Origin: Chiloscyllium plagiosum
Lineage: Eukaryota
NCBI RefSeq assembly: GCF_004010195.1
Contig: NC_057718.1
Location: forward strand, 14,729,577-14,781,681
Length of the DNA: 52,105 bases
Direction: 5' to 3'
Made by a program: the position numbers and the translations under genes. How positions within the stretch are numbered: the stretch's first letter is position 1; each line of letters begins with the position of its first letter. Below, in pieces: positions 1 through 11,221 of the stretch. The notes below the pieces were generated by a model. The model was not told the DNA's origin and did no database searches. It saw nothing but the letters and a program-made list of their open reading frames with translations.

Positions 1-278
1 CTCCTTTTCCACCTATCCACTCCACCCTCTCCTCCCTGACCTATCACCTTCATCTCCTCCCCCACTCACCTATTGTACTCTATGCTACTTTCTCCCCACC
101 CCCACCCTCCCCTAGCTTATCTCTCCACGCTTCAGGCTCTCTGTCTTTAGTCCTGATGAAGGGCTTTTGCCCGAAACGCCGATTTCGCTGCTCGTTGGAT
201 GCTGCCTGAATTGCTGTGCTCTTCCAGCACCACTAATCCAGAATCTGGTTTCCAGCATCTGCAGTTATTGTTTTTACC
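1..278 (+). mobile_element. Penelope-like element 3' end (family 1) with minimal hammerhead motif
   Basis: Pyrimidine-rich 3' region, then CTGATGAAGGGCTTTTGCCCGAAAC at 153-177 and the terminus CCAGCATCTGCAGTTATTGTTTTTACC. Near-identical to 6480-6750 and to the reverse complement of 51876-52105. Confidence 0.8.
150..185 (+). ncRNA. Minimal type I hammerhead ribozyme motif; cleavage triplet mutated GUC>GCC
   Basis: CUGAUGA (153-159), extra A, stem II GGGC-UUUU-GCCC, GAAA (173-176). Confidence 0.6.
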
Positions 279-289
279 TACCAGCAACA

Positions 290-470
290 GTAGAACAGCT
301 CTTTCGGGGAGTGTTCAAGGGGCCAGAGTTGGAGGACACAGATATCTTGGATGTGGGGGTGGAGAAGGCGACAGAGATAGGACAGGGTGAGGCCTGGAAG
401 GGATTTGGAAACAAGGATGAGAATTTTAAAATCAAGCAACTGCCTAATCAGGAGCTCAAAGTTGAATTTG
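290..470 (-). mobile_element. Old L2-like LINE 3' fragment
   Basis: Resembles by eye the L2-type segments at 18300-18610 and 46240-46610. Confidence 0.4.
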
Positions 471-1171
471 AAAGACATTAAAGTCCAGTTGGCCCAAGAC
501 ACCAGTACGTTGCCTTTACATTGGATCAAACTGATGCCAGTCCTTCAGCACTTCAGCTCTGATGCTGTGAGGCAGCAAATCAATAAAATCACTGTGAGCT
601 GCTTAGGATGCAACATCTCCCAGCAAGGCCCCGTCGCTGGAGATAAGCAACAACAATGGCAAGGGCTTTTGTGCTTCTAATCCTCCAGCTGTGTTTCGTA
701 GATTTGTTTGAATGACACCATGTTTGAGAACAATAGAATACAAGGAAAACAACCCAAGGAATTTAAGAAAGGAAACATGAAGCATCTGACAGATGGATTA
801 TTCATCCTTCAGTCCTTATCGATTGCTGGTCTCAACTGTCCTACATTGGCTGTCAGTCAGACCCAAACGCAGCTTTGAGGTAAGCCTGCAGTATAAGCCT
901 GACCAGAAACAAATTCTCACCACATTACAGCTTTGTAAAGAGGCCTCGTGCTCTCAGTCTGTATTCACCTGTCAGTCTGTGGTAACTTATGATTTGATCA
1001 CATATGCTGCTTAGTCCATGTGAAAGGCTTATCGTTGTACGTGCTGACTGCAGAGAAGCTAAGTATTGATAAAAGCATCCCAGAGGCTCTCAAGAACTCC
1101 ACAACAATTGATGCAAAATCATCTCAAATTTTTTGGAGCATCAATTTTCACCTTCACTGCTGAGGAAAAGT

Positions 1172-1372
1172 TATGATTTGAAGATGCCAGTGTTGGACTG
1201 GGGTGTACAAACTTAAAAGTCACACGACACCAGGTTTAATTGGAAGCACACTCGCTTTCAGAGCACCACTCCTTCATCAGGTGATTGTGGAGGACACAAT
1301 TCTAAGGCACAGAACTTATTGCAAAAATTTACAGTATGATGTAACTGAAATTATACACTGAAAAATACCTTG
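1172..1372 (-). mobile_element. Penelope-like element 3' end (family 2)
   Basis: Begins ATGATTTGAAGATGCCAGTGTTGGACTGGGGTGTACAA, the reverse complement of the terminus at 27064-27098. Degenerate hammerhead at 1250-1282. Confidence 0.75.
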
Positions 1373-1559
1373 AGGAAAACTTAGTTGGTTAAAATTTGGT
1401 CCAATGTTATTGTTATCAATGCTTTCTCGGTAAGAGTATTCTGTCTTACTTTTGAGATTTTAAAGTCAAAAAATAATTTTTCAGAGCAACATGTTTCATG
1501 AGATTTTAGAAGGATGAGAGGAGATTTAATGAGGTTATGTAAATAAAGTACTTCAAGTA

Positions 1560-1705
1560 ACCAAAGTCCCAAAGGACCATAGGGCTAATTTTTCATTGGA
1601 GAGGGATGACTCTTGGTGGTTTAACCTGAGAGTCACTACATCTCAACTTGATGTCAATGTCACTCTGCATTGCGAACTAGTCAGCCAACTGAACCAGCTG
1701 ATCCC
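1560..1705 (-). mobile_element. SINE fragment related to 28735-28950
   Basis: Shared GGTGGTTTAACCTGAG / CTCAGATTAAACCACC segment and similar tail. Confidence 0.45.
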
Positions 1706-1734
1706 CCAGATGAAAAAGGAGATTGATAAAATAT

Positions 1735-2050
1735 ATGCAATGATCTAGAACAAGAGATCATAGTTTTTGGTTAAAGGGCAGCAGATTTAAAACAATGATG
1801 AAGAGAAATTACTTCTCTCAAAGGCTCATGGATCTGTGACCAGAGTGTGGTGGACACGAGGACACTGAATAAATTTAAGGAGGAGATAAACAGATTTTTA
1901 ATTAGTAATGGGTAAATGTGTGAGGAGGATTGGGCAGGAAAGTGGAGTTGAGACCATGATGACATCAGCCATGACTGCATCACATGGTGGAGCAGCACGA
2001 GGGGCTGAATGGCCCACTCCTGCTCTTAGTTCTGATATTCTAGTTCTACA
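1735..2050 (+). mobile_element. Degenerate CR1 LINE 3' end
   Basis: Remnant of the CR1 ORF2 C-terminus plus 3' UTR (GGCTGAATGGCCCACTCCTGCTC). Confidence 0.65.
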
Positions 2051-2334
2051 CAGAACATCTAAACCACACTCTCTGCTTGGTTTGTCCCAGTGGTAATGGT
2101 GAAAATTTCACCTTGGGTATCTTACTTACTTTAATAAGTAACCCATTTAAAATAAATAAATCCTGATGGTATTCAAATGAAGGCTGATTGGAAAAACTCT
2201 GCTTGGAGGACAGTTTATTTTTTAATTTCCTTTGAGCTCCCTGGGTCCAAAATTCTGGAATTTCCCCTTTACACCCTTCTGCCTGTTCACCTCCGTTTTA
2301 CCAGTAAGAGCTTCCTTAAAGTATCCCTCTCATC

Positions 2335-2591
2335 TGTCCAAACACCGCCCGTGTTGCTCAGAGTCTATCACACTCCTATGAATAGCCTTGAGGAGGTAAT
2401 ACCATGTTACAAAAACAGAAGTTGCTGGAAAATCTCAGTAGGTCTGGCAACATTTGTGAAGAGAAATCAGTCAACAATTCAGGTCCAGCAACCTTCCTCA
2501 GAACTAATGGTAGCTAGGAAAAAGTTGGTTTCGATGGAGAAGATAGAGTGGGGGAGAGAGTAAGGAGTAAATGATAGGTGGGGGTAGAGCT
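2335..2591. repeat. Left arm of ~255-bp near-perfect inverted repeat (partner 3879-4135)
   Basis: Direct reverse-complement match with about 3 mismatches. ORFs 2177..2563(+) and 3907..4161(-) give nearly the same peptide. Confidence 0.95.
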
Positions 2592-3780
2592 CAAAGAGAG
2601 GGAAGAGTGGTTGGACAGACAAAGGTGTGGATAACAATGTGGCTAGGAGGGTGAATAGGTGTTAATGGAGACTGTTAGTGGCTAACAATAATGATTTGGA
2701 GGAGCTGGTGTTGGACTGAGGTGGACAAAGTTAAAAATCACTCAACACCAGGTTTATTTGGAAGCACTAGTTTTCGAGGCGCTACCTCTTCATCATGACC
2801 ATAAGACACAGAATTTATAGCAAAAGGGTTACAGTGTCATGGAGTCATAATGATATATTAAACAACTTTAGTTAAAAATTACACACCAGGTGATAGTTCT
2901 TAAACAAATTTATTTATAATCTAAATTTGTTTAAGAATTGTAACCTGTTTTTATGTAAGTTTTAACTCTGACTAACAATAGGTAATGTGTAACGGCAGAC
3001 CATGTGATAACAAGGCCTGGTGTGTGGTGTGGAGGGTTAGGACATGGGAGAGTTGAAGCCCCAAAATTATTGAACTCAATACTGAATCTGGACGGCTGCA
3101 GGGTCCCCAAGCAGAAAATGCAGTGTTGTTCTTCCAACTAGCACAGGCAGAATAGTCGTATTTGTGGATTTTTGAAAGGAGGCAGAAGCGAGCTGGGGGC
3201 GTGGCGGGGGGGAGTGCAGGACTATCAGCTTGGAAACAGTGGTGGGGAGATCACCAGATGAAATGTGGTCAGTGACCATCGTTGATACAATGGCCTGATG
3301 TTCCATGGTGGGGTCATAGTCCAGGCGAAGGTAGGTGAGGTATCTGAGAGTTGGCGCTCAGCCTCTAAAATGCAGAGATCAGTACGCCAGACTATAACAG
3401 CACCACCCTTATTTGGCAGTGTGATAAGCAGGCTTAATAACATAGTCAGAGTTGAATAGAAGCACACAGAGTGCAGTCAGTTCGGAGGGAGACAGGTTGG
3501 ATTTGGTGAAGGGTGGGCAGAGAAATCGAGGCGATCGATGTCATGACAAAAGTTCTCAATGAACAGATTGAGTGTAGGTAAAAGACCCAAGAGAGGGGTC
3601 CAGGTGGAGGGAGAGTGTTGGAGCCAAGCAAAGGGGTCTGTAGGACAGGGAGAGAACTCTTGTCCAAAGGAATGGGCACAGAGGTGAAGACGACGGAAGA
3701 GTTTGGCATCATGTCGCGCCCGAAATTCATTAAGGTGGGGACACAGAGGGAGAAAGCTGAGACCTTTGCTGAGTACAAAA
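2410..3780 (-). mobile_element. Internally deleted Penelope-like element (family 3)
   Basis: Minus-strand remnants VLSKGLSF..LNEF.ARHD, PNKGGAVIVWRTDLCILEAERQLSD (region preceding the RT core) and EEQHCIFCLGTLQPSRFSIEFNNF (end of GIY-YIG domain). RT core absent. 3' UTR matches 45440-45732. Confidence 0.85.
2691..2940 (-). mobile_element. Family 2 PLE 3' fragment nested in the family 3 PLE
   Basis: ATGATTTGGAGGAGCTGGTGTTGGACTG...AAAGTTAAAAATCAC matches 1172-1370. Host PLE UTR resumes at about 2970. Confidence 0.7.
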
Positions 3781-3878
3781 ATGTTATGGTTGGTTTATGA
3801 ATACAAGTTGGTTGTCTCTTCTGTCAAGAAGATACAAACAAAACATTGCCCTTCATCAGTTCTAAAACACAATTTCAT

Positions 3879-4135
3879 AGCTCTACCCCCACCTATCATT
3901 TACTCCTTACTCTCTCCCCCACTCTATCTTCTCCATCGAAACCAACTTTTTCCTAGCTACCATTAGTTCTGAGGAAGGTCGCTGGACCTGAATTGTTGAC
4001 TGATTTCTCTTCACAGATGTTGCCAGACCTACTGAGATTTTCCAGCAACTTCTGTTTTTGTAACATGGTATTACCTCCTCAAGGCTATTCATAGGAGTGT
4101 GATAGACTCTGAGCAACACGGGCGGTGTTCGGACA
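3879..4135. repeat. Right arm of the long inverted repeat
   Basis: Reverse complement of 2335-2591. Confidence 0.95.
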
Positions 4136-4494
4136 TCTGATTCAAATCTGATTTTAATCATTCTTGAATGATTCCTTTATGTGCTATGATTTAATTCAAG
4201 CAAATGTGATTAAAAATGTGATTTTGCCCAAAGGCAAAAATACTTCAGTTGTCTCCGAGACAACTGCCTTAAAGTTTCCTGTCCCAGCTTTAGAATCATG
4301 GTTGACCCAACGCATACCCCCTCGTGATTCAGAATTGCTTGTGGCACTCTGTAAAACATCTTCCATCTCTCTATAGTATGTCTACAAGATAACTGCTTTC
4401 AATATGGGGATCAGTAGCATTAATTTATAAACTTGATGTCACCAAAACCTTTGCTCCCCAAGCCTTAATTCACACCAAATCTTATTCATCCATT

Positions 4495-5560
4495 ATAGAG
4501 TCTTGGAGCTGTACAGCACAGAAACAGACCCTTCAATACAACTTATTCATGCACACCAGATATCCTAAATTAATCTAGTCCCATTTGTCAGCATTTGGCC
4601 ATATTTCTCTAAACCCTTCCTATTCATATATCCATTCAGACGCTTTTTAAAAGTTGTAATGGTACCAGTCTCAACCACTTCCTGTGGCAGCTCATTCCAT
4701 ACATGCACCACCATCTGTTTGAAAGGTTGCCGTTAGGTCCCTTTTAAGTCTTGCCCTTTTAACCTCAAACCAACGTCCTCTAGCCTGGCAAAAAGACCTT
4801 GGCTACACACCCTATTCATGCCCCTCATGATTTTATAAACCTCTACAAGGTTACCTCTCAGCCTCCGATGTTCCAGGGAAAATAGCCCAAGCCTATTCAG
4901 TTTCTCCCTCCAGATCAAACCCTCCAACCCTGGCAACAATTTTGTTATTCTCTTCTGAACCTTTTCAAGTTTAATAGCATCTTTCCGGTAGCAGAAATGA
5001 ATGCAGTATCCCAATAGTAGCCTAATCAATGTCCTGTACGGCCGCAACATGACATCTCAACTCCTATACTCAATGTAGTGACCAATGAAGGCAAGCATAG
5101 CAAATGCCTTCTTCACTACTCTGTGTACCTGTGACTCCACTTTCAAGAAACTATGCACCTGCTACTGTTCAGCAACACTCCCTAGGACCCCACCATTAAG
5201 TATACAAGTCCTGAACTGATTTCCCTTACCAAAATGCAGCATCTCACATTTATCTAAATTAAACTCCATCTGCCATTCCTTAGCCCATTTGCCCATCTGA
5301 TCTAGGTCTCATTATATTCTGAGGTAACCTTCTTCACTGTCCACTACACCACCTATTTTGGTGTCATCTGCAAACTTACTAGCCATTCCTACTATGTTTA
5401 CACCCAAATCATTTATACAAACGAGGAAAAGCAGTGAACCCAGCCTTGATTCTTGTGGCACACTGGTGGTCACAGGCCTCTAGTCTGAAGAACAGCCCTC
5501 CATCACGTCCCTGTGTCTCCTACATTCCAGCCAATTTTATTTCCAATCGGCTAGCTCCCC
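4495..5560 (-). mobile_element. CR1 LINE, 5'-truncated (RT C-terminal region and 3' UTR), degenerate
   Basis: ORF 4733..5050 includes YRTLIRLLLGYC...LEKVQKRITKLLPGL...LGLFSLEHRRLRGNLVEVYKIM. KFADDTK motif at about 5355-5378. GACTCTAT-type tail. Confidence 0.92.
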
Positions 5561-6399
5561 AATGACAACGAGAAAACACTCATTACCCCATTCAGCCTAC
5601 ATACCCCATGAAGTTCCAATCTCTAGAGCTCCCTACTAATATCTTCATTAATATCTGTCCTCTAATATTTGCCAAGTGCCTGTTTATGATGTCCATTGTT
5701 CTCAATAATAGCTGTTGCTCTCTGTTGACTTCCACTGCCTCTACTAATGCCTCATGTCCTGCAATAATATCTCTTCTGTCTGTTTTGTTTCCCCCAAGGC
5801 CATGAGTTTCCATTGGATTGGTCCCTGCTTATGAAGAAAGTACTGCAGTGATTTGCCTTTGCTTTCTGTAGGATAGCTGAATAGGAGATTCACTCACTGT
5901 AACCATCTGCCAGCAGGCATCCTGAAAGGATTTACAGGCTGAGAATCAACAGCCACATTATGAACACACTTTCCACAGACAAATCACACTGAGGTGGCAC
6001 TCGAATCCAGAGTTTCAGGCCTGGAATAGGGATTTTTTGCACCACATGACCTCCTATCTCATCTTCAGTGTGTGACGTTGACTATCAATCTCTGCCACTG
6101 ATTATTTCTACTTCTATCACTTACCTACTCAAATGTAGCCTCTTAACTCTTTTTAAAAGAGCCAGACAAGCAAAGACAAGGTGGATAGCAAGATGCACAA
6201 ATTAGAGTTGTAAATCTGGGGTGGAAATCTGCTCGCAGTGATGTGTGTCATGGTGGTATTCGTGGCAGAATCAGGTGAGAAGACCAGTGTGGGCTCCCTC
6301 GATGTCAGGAACATCTGGTGCCATCTTTTATGCTTTTCACAAGTGGCAAGCCAAGCGGTGAGTTGGCAAATAAGGGGAATTGCTTGTCAAATGCAATGC

Positions 6400-6752
6400 G
6401 AACAGCCCAATTCACCTCATTAGTACCAGCCAGCTCAGCACTGTCCCCATGACTTGTCCTACCTGCCCTTCTTCTTTTCCACCTATCCACTCCACCCTCC
6501 ACCCCCAACCTATCACCTTCATCCCCTCCCCCACTCACCTATTGTACTCTATGCTACTTTCTCCCCACTCCCACCCTCCTCTCACTTATCTCTCCACCCT
6601 TCAGGTTCTTTGCCTGTATTCCTGATGAAGGGCTTTTGCCTGAAACGTCAATTTTACTGCTTCTCAGAAGCTGCCTGAACTGCTGTGCTTTTCCAGCACC
6701 ACTCTAATCTAAACGCTGGTTTCTAGCATCTGCAGTCATTGTTTTTACCTAG
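6400..6752 (+). mobile_element. Penelope-like element 3' end (family 1)
   Basis: Homologous to 1-278 and ends TTGTTTTTACCT. Confidence 0.8.
6618..6653 (+). ncRNA. Minimal type I hammerhead ribozyme motif
   Basis: CUGAUGA (6622-6628), A, GGGC-UUUU-GCCU, GAAA, CGUC cleavage site. Confidence 0.65.
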
Positions 6753-7443
6753 CTTCCAAAACATGTCAAACAAGCTAGACATAGAAAAATCTCGACATGG
6801 AAATTAGCGCAGGGACCTAGGGACTTCCACTTAGTCTGAAAGATTTCCATGGACCAAACACCATCTCAGAGCATGATCCACAGGCACCCACTGCATACAC
6901 ACCTCATCCACAGGCAAAGGTATCTATGAGTTGCCATCCCTCACGACCATCAAGGCATCTCTCCAATACACTTGCAAAATGCTCAGGAAGCAGACTTGCA
7001 TTGCAAGGCTGACCAGGAACTACAAAGACACTTTGGGAGCACTGACAGGCACCCAGCTCAAAGATTAGACCATGAGGAATCTCAGGTCTTTTTCCTAACT
7101 GTTGGTGTTCAACCACTTAGTATCTAGCTACATGCTCAAGTGTTCCTGCCTTGTCTTGCTGCACCTGTTAAGAGTCTTGGGGCTTCAGCTCGAGCCAAAG
7201 GCTCTCAGTTCTGATGCATTAACGTGCTCTTTATTGCAGACACAGACAGGCTGAATGCTGAGAAACTGGGGGAGGGGGGAGCAACCCTCTGAGGTGTTGG
7301 AGGACAAGAACACTGGCAAGAGGGTGTCCTTTCCATGACAGGTCTCAGCTGCGTGTGATGCTGGAAACCAGACAGGAACTGATTGGCACACGGCTCCAGG
7401 AGGTGGCAGCTGGATGCAGCAAACCATCACGGACTGTGAAAAG

Positions 7444-7548
7444 AGGCTCTTGTGATACAGTAGTAGTGTCTCCACCTCTGAGCCAGGAGGTCCGGGTTCA
7501 AGTCCCGCCTGCATCAGAGATGTGTAATAATGTCTCTGAACAGGATGG
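7444..7548 (+). mobile_element. tRNA-derived SINE 5' head
   Basis: A-box-like TGATACAGTAG and B-box GGTTCAAGTCC at tRNA-like spacing. Confidence 0.55.
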
Positions 7549-9044
7549 TCAGGAAGTATCTGGCCTTGTTGGTCATTATGCCAGCATTTGATTTACCCTG
7601 TGTGGGGTACACTGAAACTTCTGCTGGGTTTGATTGTGTGCCCTTTGGGTGGCTATGGGTTAAAGCTCATGTTTGTATGTGTCCAAATGTTGACCTGTAT
7701 GCGATGTTCTCCCACTGGACAATGATAAGCTGCATGTATCCAGTGGGCACTAGGTTAGAGGGTGTTCAGATGGGATGTACCTATGGATAGGTAAAGTGTG
7801 CTATCTGGTGGCTACACAGGGACTGGGGGAGAGACTGGTGGGCGAGGGAGTGTTAGCCACTGCTCTGTGCCATGGGCAGTATGACTTGGTGTCTGCTATG
7901 CCAGTAACGGGCAATGCTGGATTGTCCAGGTACACTGCAGCATCTCATAGAGGGTCTGGGCGAAAGGGATACCAGTCTTTCAGTAGGTATGATTGAGTGG
8001 CGAGTTGTTCTTGGAACAAAACATGGTAAGATGCAGCTAGAAGCAGACATGATGGACTGGAAGGGGTGGGGTAGCTAGTTAATGAGACGCGTTCAGTAAG
8101 GTATGGCGATAAATCTCACTGGGCCACGCAGTGGGAATCACTCCAACAAATTCAACACTACTGGCATTTAGTCAAAGCAAACATAAGATGTATCTCCTGG
8201 AGTTCCCCAGTTTGGGAGGAGAGGAGATAATAGGATTTATGGTGGGGAAGAGCTGCAGGGAATGGGAGTTGGAAGTTTGGCGGCACTAATGGAGAGCTAG
8301 TGTCAGGATGTGGAACTAACTGAGAAAGGAGAAGGGGGTCTGTGAGCCTGAGTTGCTAATAGTTTTCATCCAAATCAGTTTTGCTCAATTAAATTTCCAA
8401 AATCTGGTGTTTCCTTTCCCACACAGCTGAATTCAGTTGAATGATTTTGATCTAAATATAAACCAAACACAGATTCCCATAATTACCCTTCGCAATTAAC
8501 CAAACCCTTTGCCTGAAATGCCGCAGCACTTGACTCCCTTTTATTTCTTTGTGTGGAATAGAAGCCCAGACGTTCCTTTCCCACTATGAGGGTGTTACAG
8601 CTTACCACAGGCCCAGGGAATCCTATTGACATACTTTGGAGAATTTTGCATTGTACATTTGCTCAGAGAGTGGGTTCCCGCAGGACTGGGGCTCTGTGAC
8701 CCAAAGAGAGGCCTACAGTGGCTACATCAGTTACAATCTCGCAGTAACTGCCTGATGCCAAGGCCCTGCAAGGTTGGCTGAAATTGCCTGACCCAAATGT
8801 CCTCAGCAACACTGAGATGCCTTTGAGAGCATCTTGGTAGAGGAATGCTCACTCCTTCATCCTGGGGCCGCAGCACTGCCACTGCTTGCATTCCTACCGA
8901 TATCCACCCTCTGACTGGACTAACTCGCAAGGGGAAGAGGGGGCAGCCACCGTCTACTAGTGTGTGCCAACTCCTCCAGTTCACCAGTGTATTAACATGG
9001 CCCCTCCATGCTGTCATTTTACAATTCCAATGCCCAACCACCCA

Positions 9045-9280
9045 CCTGAGTGTGTTCACCTCTCAACCTCTGACACTCCAGGGAAAACAGCCCCAGCCTA
9101 TTCAGTCTCTCCTTATAACTCAAACTCTCTAATCTCGGCAACATCCTTGTAAACCTTTTCTGAAAACGGGCCAAATGCTGGCAACTGTTTTAGATTTATT
9201 TAGGATAACTGTTCAGCATGGACGGGTTGGACCAACGGATCTGTTTCTGTGTTGTACAGTTCTATGACTCTATGACTGTG
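9045..9280. mobile_element. Two short CR1 fragments in opposite orientation
   Basis: 9045-9165 matches 4850-4965 (minus strand). 9166-9280 is a plus-strand CR1 tail ending TCTATGACTCTATGACT. Confidence 0.7.
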
Positions 9281-9534
9281 TGACATCATAGCCTGTGGTC
9301 TCTCTGAAATTGGGTTCAAGATGGTAATCTTCTTAACCAGAGTTGTGAGTGCACTATTCAAGGTTAATAGTACATGATACACACTCTTTCACACCTTGGG
9401 TGGAAATGAGTGATAAATGGCATCTATGAATCTAATATAAATTATTTTAATTGTGACTTTTATGCTGAACCTATGTGCTAAGATTCACAATTGTAATTCA
9501 CACTGACTTACTGATCATCTCCAGATCATGCCAC

Positions 9535-11221
9535 TGAAATAAGAGCAAATGTAGACCAATCAGCTCCACGAGTCCTCTCCACCATCCAATAAAGTCACGA
9601 CTGATCTGTCTGTGCTTCAAGCTCCATATTCCCCATTCACTCCCAATAATCTTTGATTAATCCATCCATTTTGGCCAGAAAAATATCCAATGACCCTGTC
9701 TCAACCTGCTTCTGAGGCAGAGTTCTCAAGTCACACAAGCCTCTAAGAGGTATAATTTCACCTCACTTCTGTCCGAAAGAGGACACATCTTAGTTTAAAG
9801 CAGTGCTTCTAGTTCTGGACTGATGCACAAGCTGAAACAGCCTCTCCACGTCCACCATGTCAAAGCCACTCAAGGTTCGACACAATTCAATCAAGTCAAC
9901 CCTCACTTCAAGCCCAACCTGCTGCACCTTTATGTCTTCTGCCAATTTAACTATCATGCCTTTGCTTCCCTCATCTAAGTCAATGATGTAAATCATAAAA
10001 AGTTGAGGCCTCAGCACCAACCCCTGCGAGACTCCACTCACCACATCCTGCCAACCAGCTGTTACCCATAATAATATGTTACCCCCATATTATGAGCTTT
10101 AATTTTCCACAACATCCTTTGATATGGCACCTTAGAGAATGCCATCTGTAATTCCGAGCACAGAATGGTTACAGGCTCCTTTTTATCCACAGCACATGCA
10201 ACAACCTCCAATAAATTGGTTGAAGATGGTTTCTCTTTGACAAAACCATTCTGACTCATCCCCGATTACCTTGAGATTTTCGAAGTGTGCAGCTGTAATC
10301 TTTTTAATGATCGATTCTAACACCTTCCCCACGATAGACTTAAAGTTTATTCTGCTATAGTTTTCTGTTTCTGCCTCCCTCCTCTTCTTAATAGAGGGGT
10401 TATATTTGCTACTTTCCGGTTCAATGGACTTTTTCCTAAATCGAGAGACTTTTGGAAAATTAACATGAACGCATCAACTACCCAAGTTGCCATTTCCTTT
10501 AAGACGCTGGGACAACGTTCAGCTGTACCCAGAGATTTACCAGCCTGCAGTGCCATCAGTTTGGTTAGTACCACTTCCCTCCTGATTGTAATTTCATTAT
10601 GTTCCTCCTTCCATTCCACCTCCTGATTTACTGCTATTACAGGAATAATTTCTGCATTTTCTATAGCGAAGGCAAGACCAAAGTATTTGTCCATTTCATC
10701 CACCATTTGCTTATTATCTACTATAAACATCCCTTTCTCACTGCCTGAAGGACCAACATTCACTTCACTTCCTTGTGTCCTTTTTAAACAATTGTAGAAA
10801 CTGTTGCTCTCTGCTTTTACATTCCGAGCTAGCCTCCTCTTGTACTATAATTTCTTCCTCCTGATTAACCTTTTAGCCATTCTTTAGATTCTGATTAATC
10901 ATGTACCTGCCACTTGTCTTAGTCTGTTTTATGAAGTTTGATGGTTTCCCTAGCTCCTTTAGTTAAACATGGATGTGGGTGCTCCCTTAATAGTGTTTCT
11001 TTATACTAGAAATATTCTTGCTCTGAGCATTCTGAAATATCTCCTTTAATGTCTGCCAGCATGTATCAATTGGCCCTATCCCCCAGCCCAGTAACTCAGT
11101 TCACTTCAGCTAGCTTGGCTTTCATGTCAATATACTGGTCCTTATTTAGGTGTGAAATGTTAATATTAGACCCAATCACTTCCCTTTCAAACTGGATGTA
11201 ATATTAAATCATAATGTGGTC
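9535..11221 (-). mobile_element. Old CR1 LINE ORF2 and 3' UTR, degenerate (continues at 13021-13600)
   Basis: Frameshifted ORFs SGVSQGLVLRPQLFMIYIIDLDEG, SQNGFVKEKPSSTNLLE and KVANITPLLRRGGRQK. Confidence 0.9.

Noticed and set aside
702..879. Plus-strand exon-like segment (TAG acceptor, GAG|GTAAGC donor)
   Set aside because: No frame is open to the donor, the peptide is unrecognisable and no partner exons were found.
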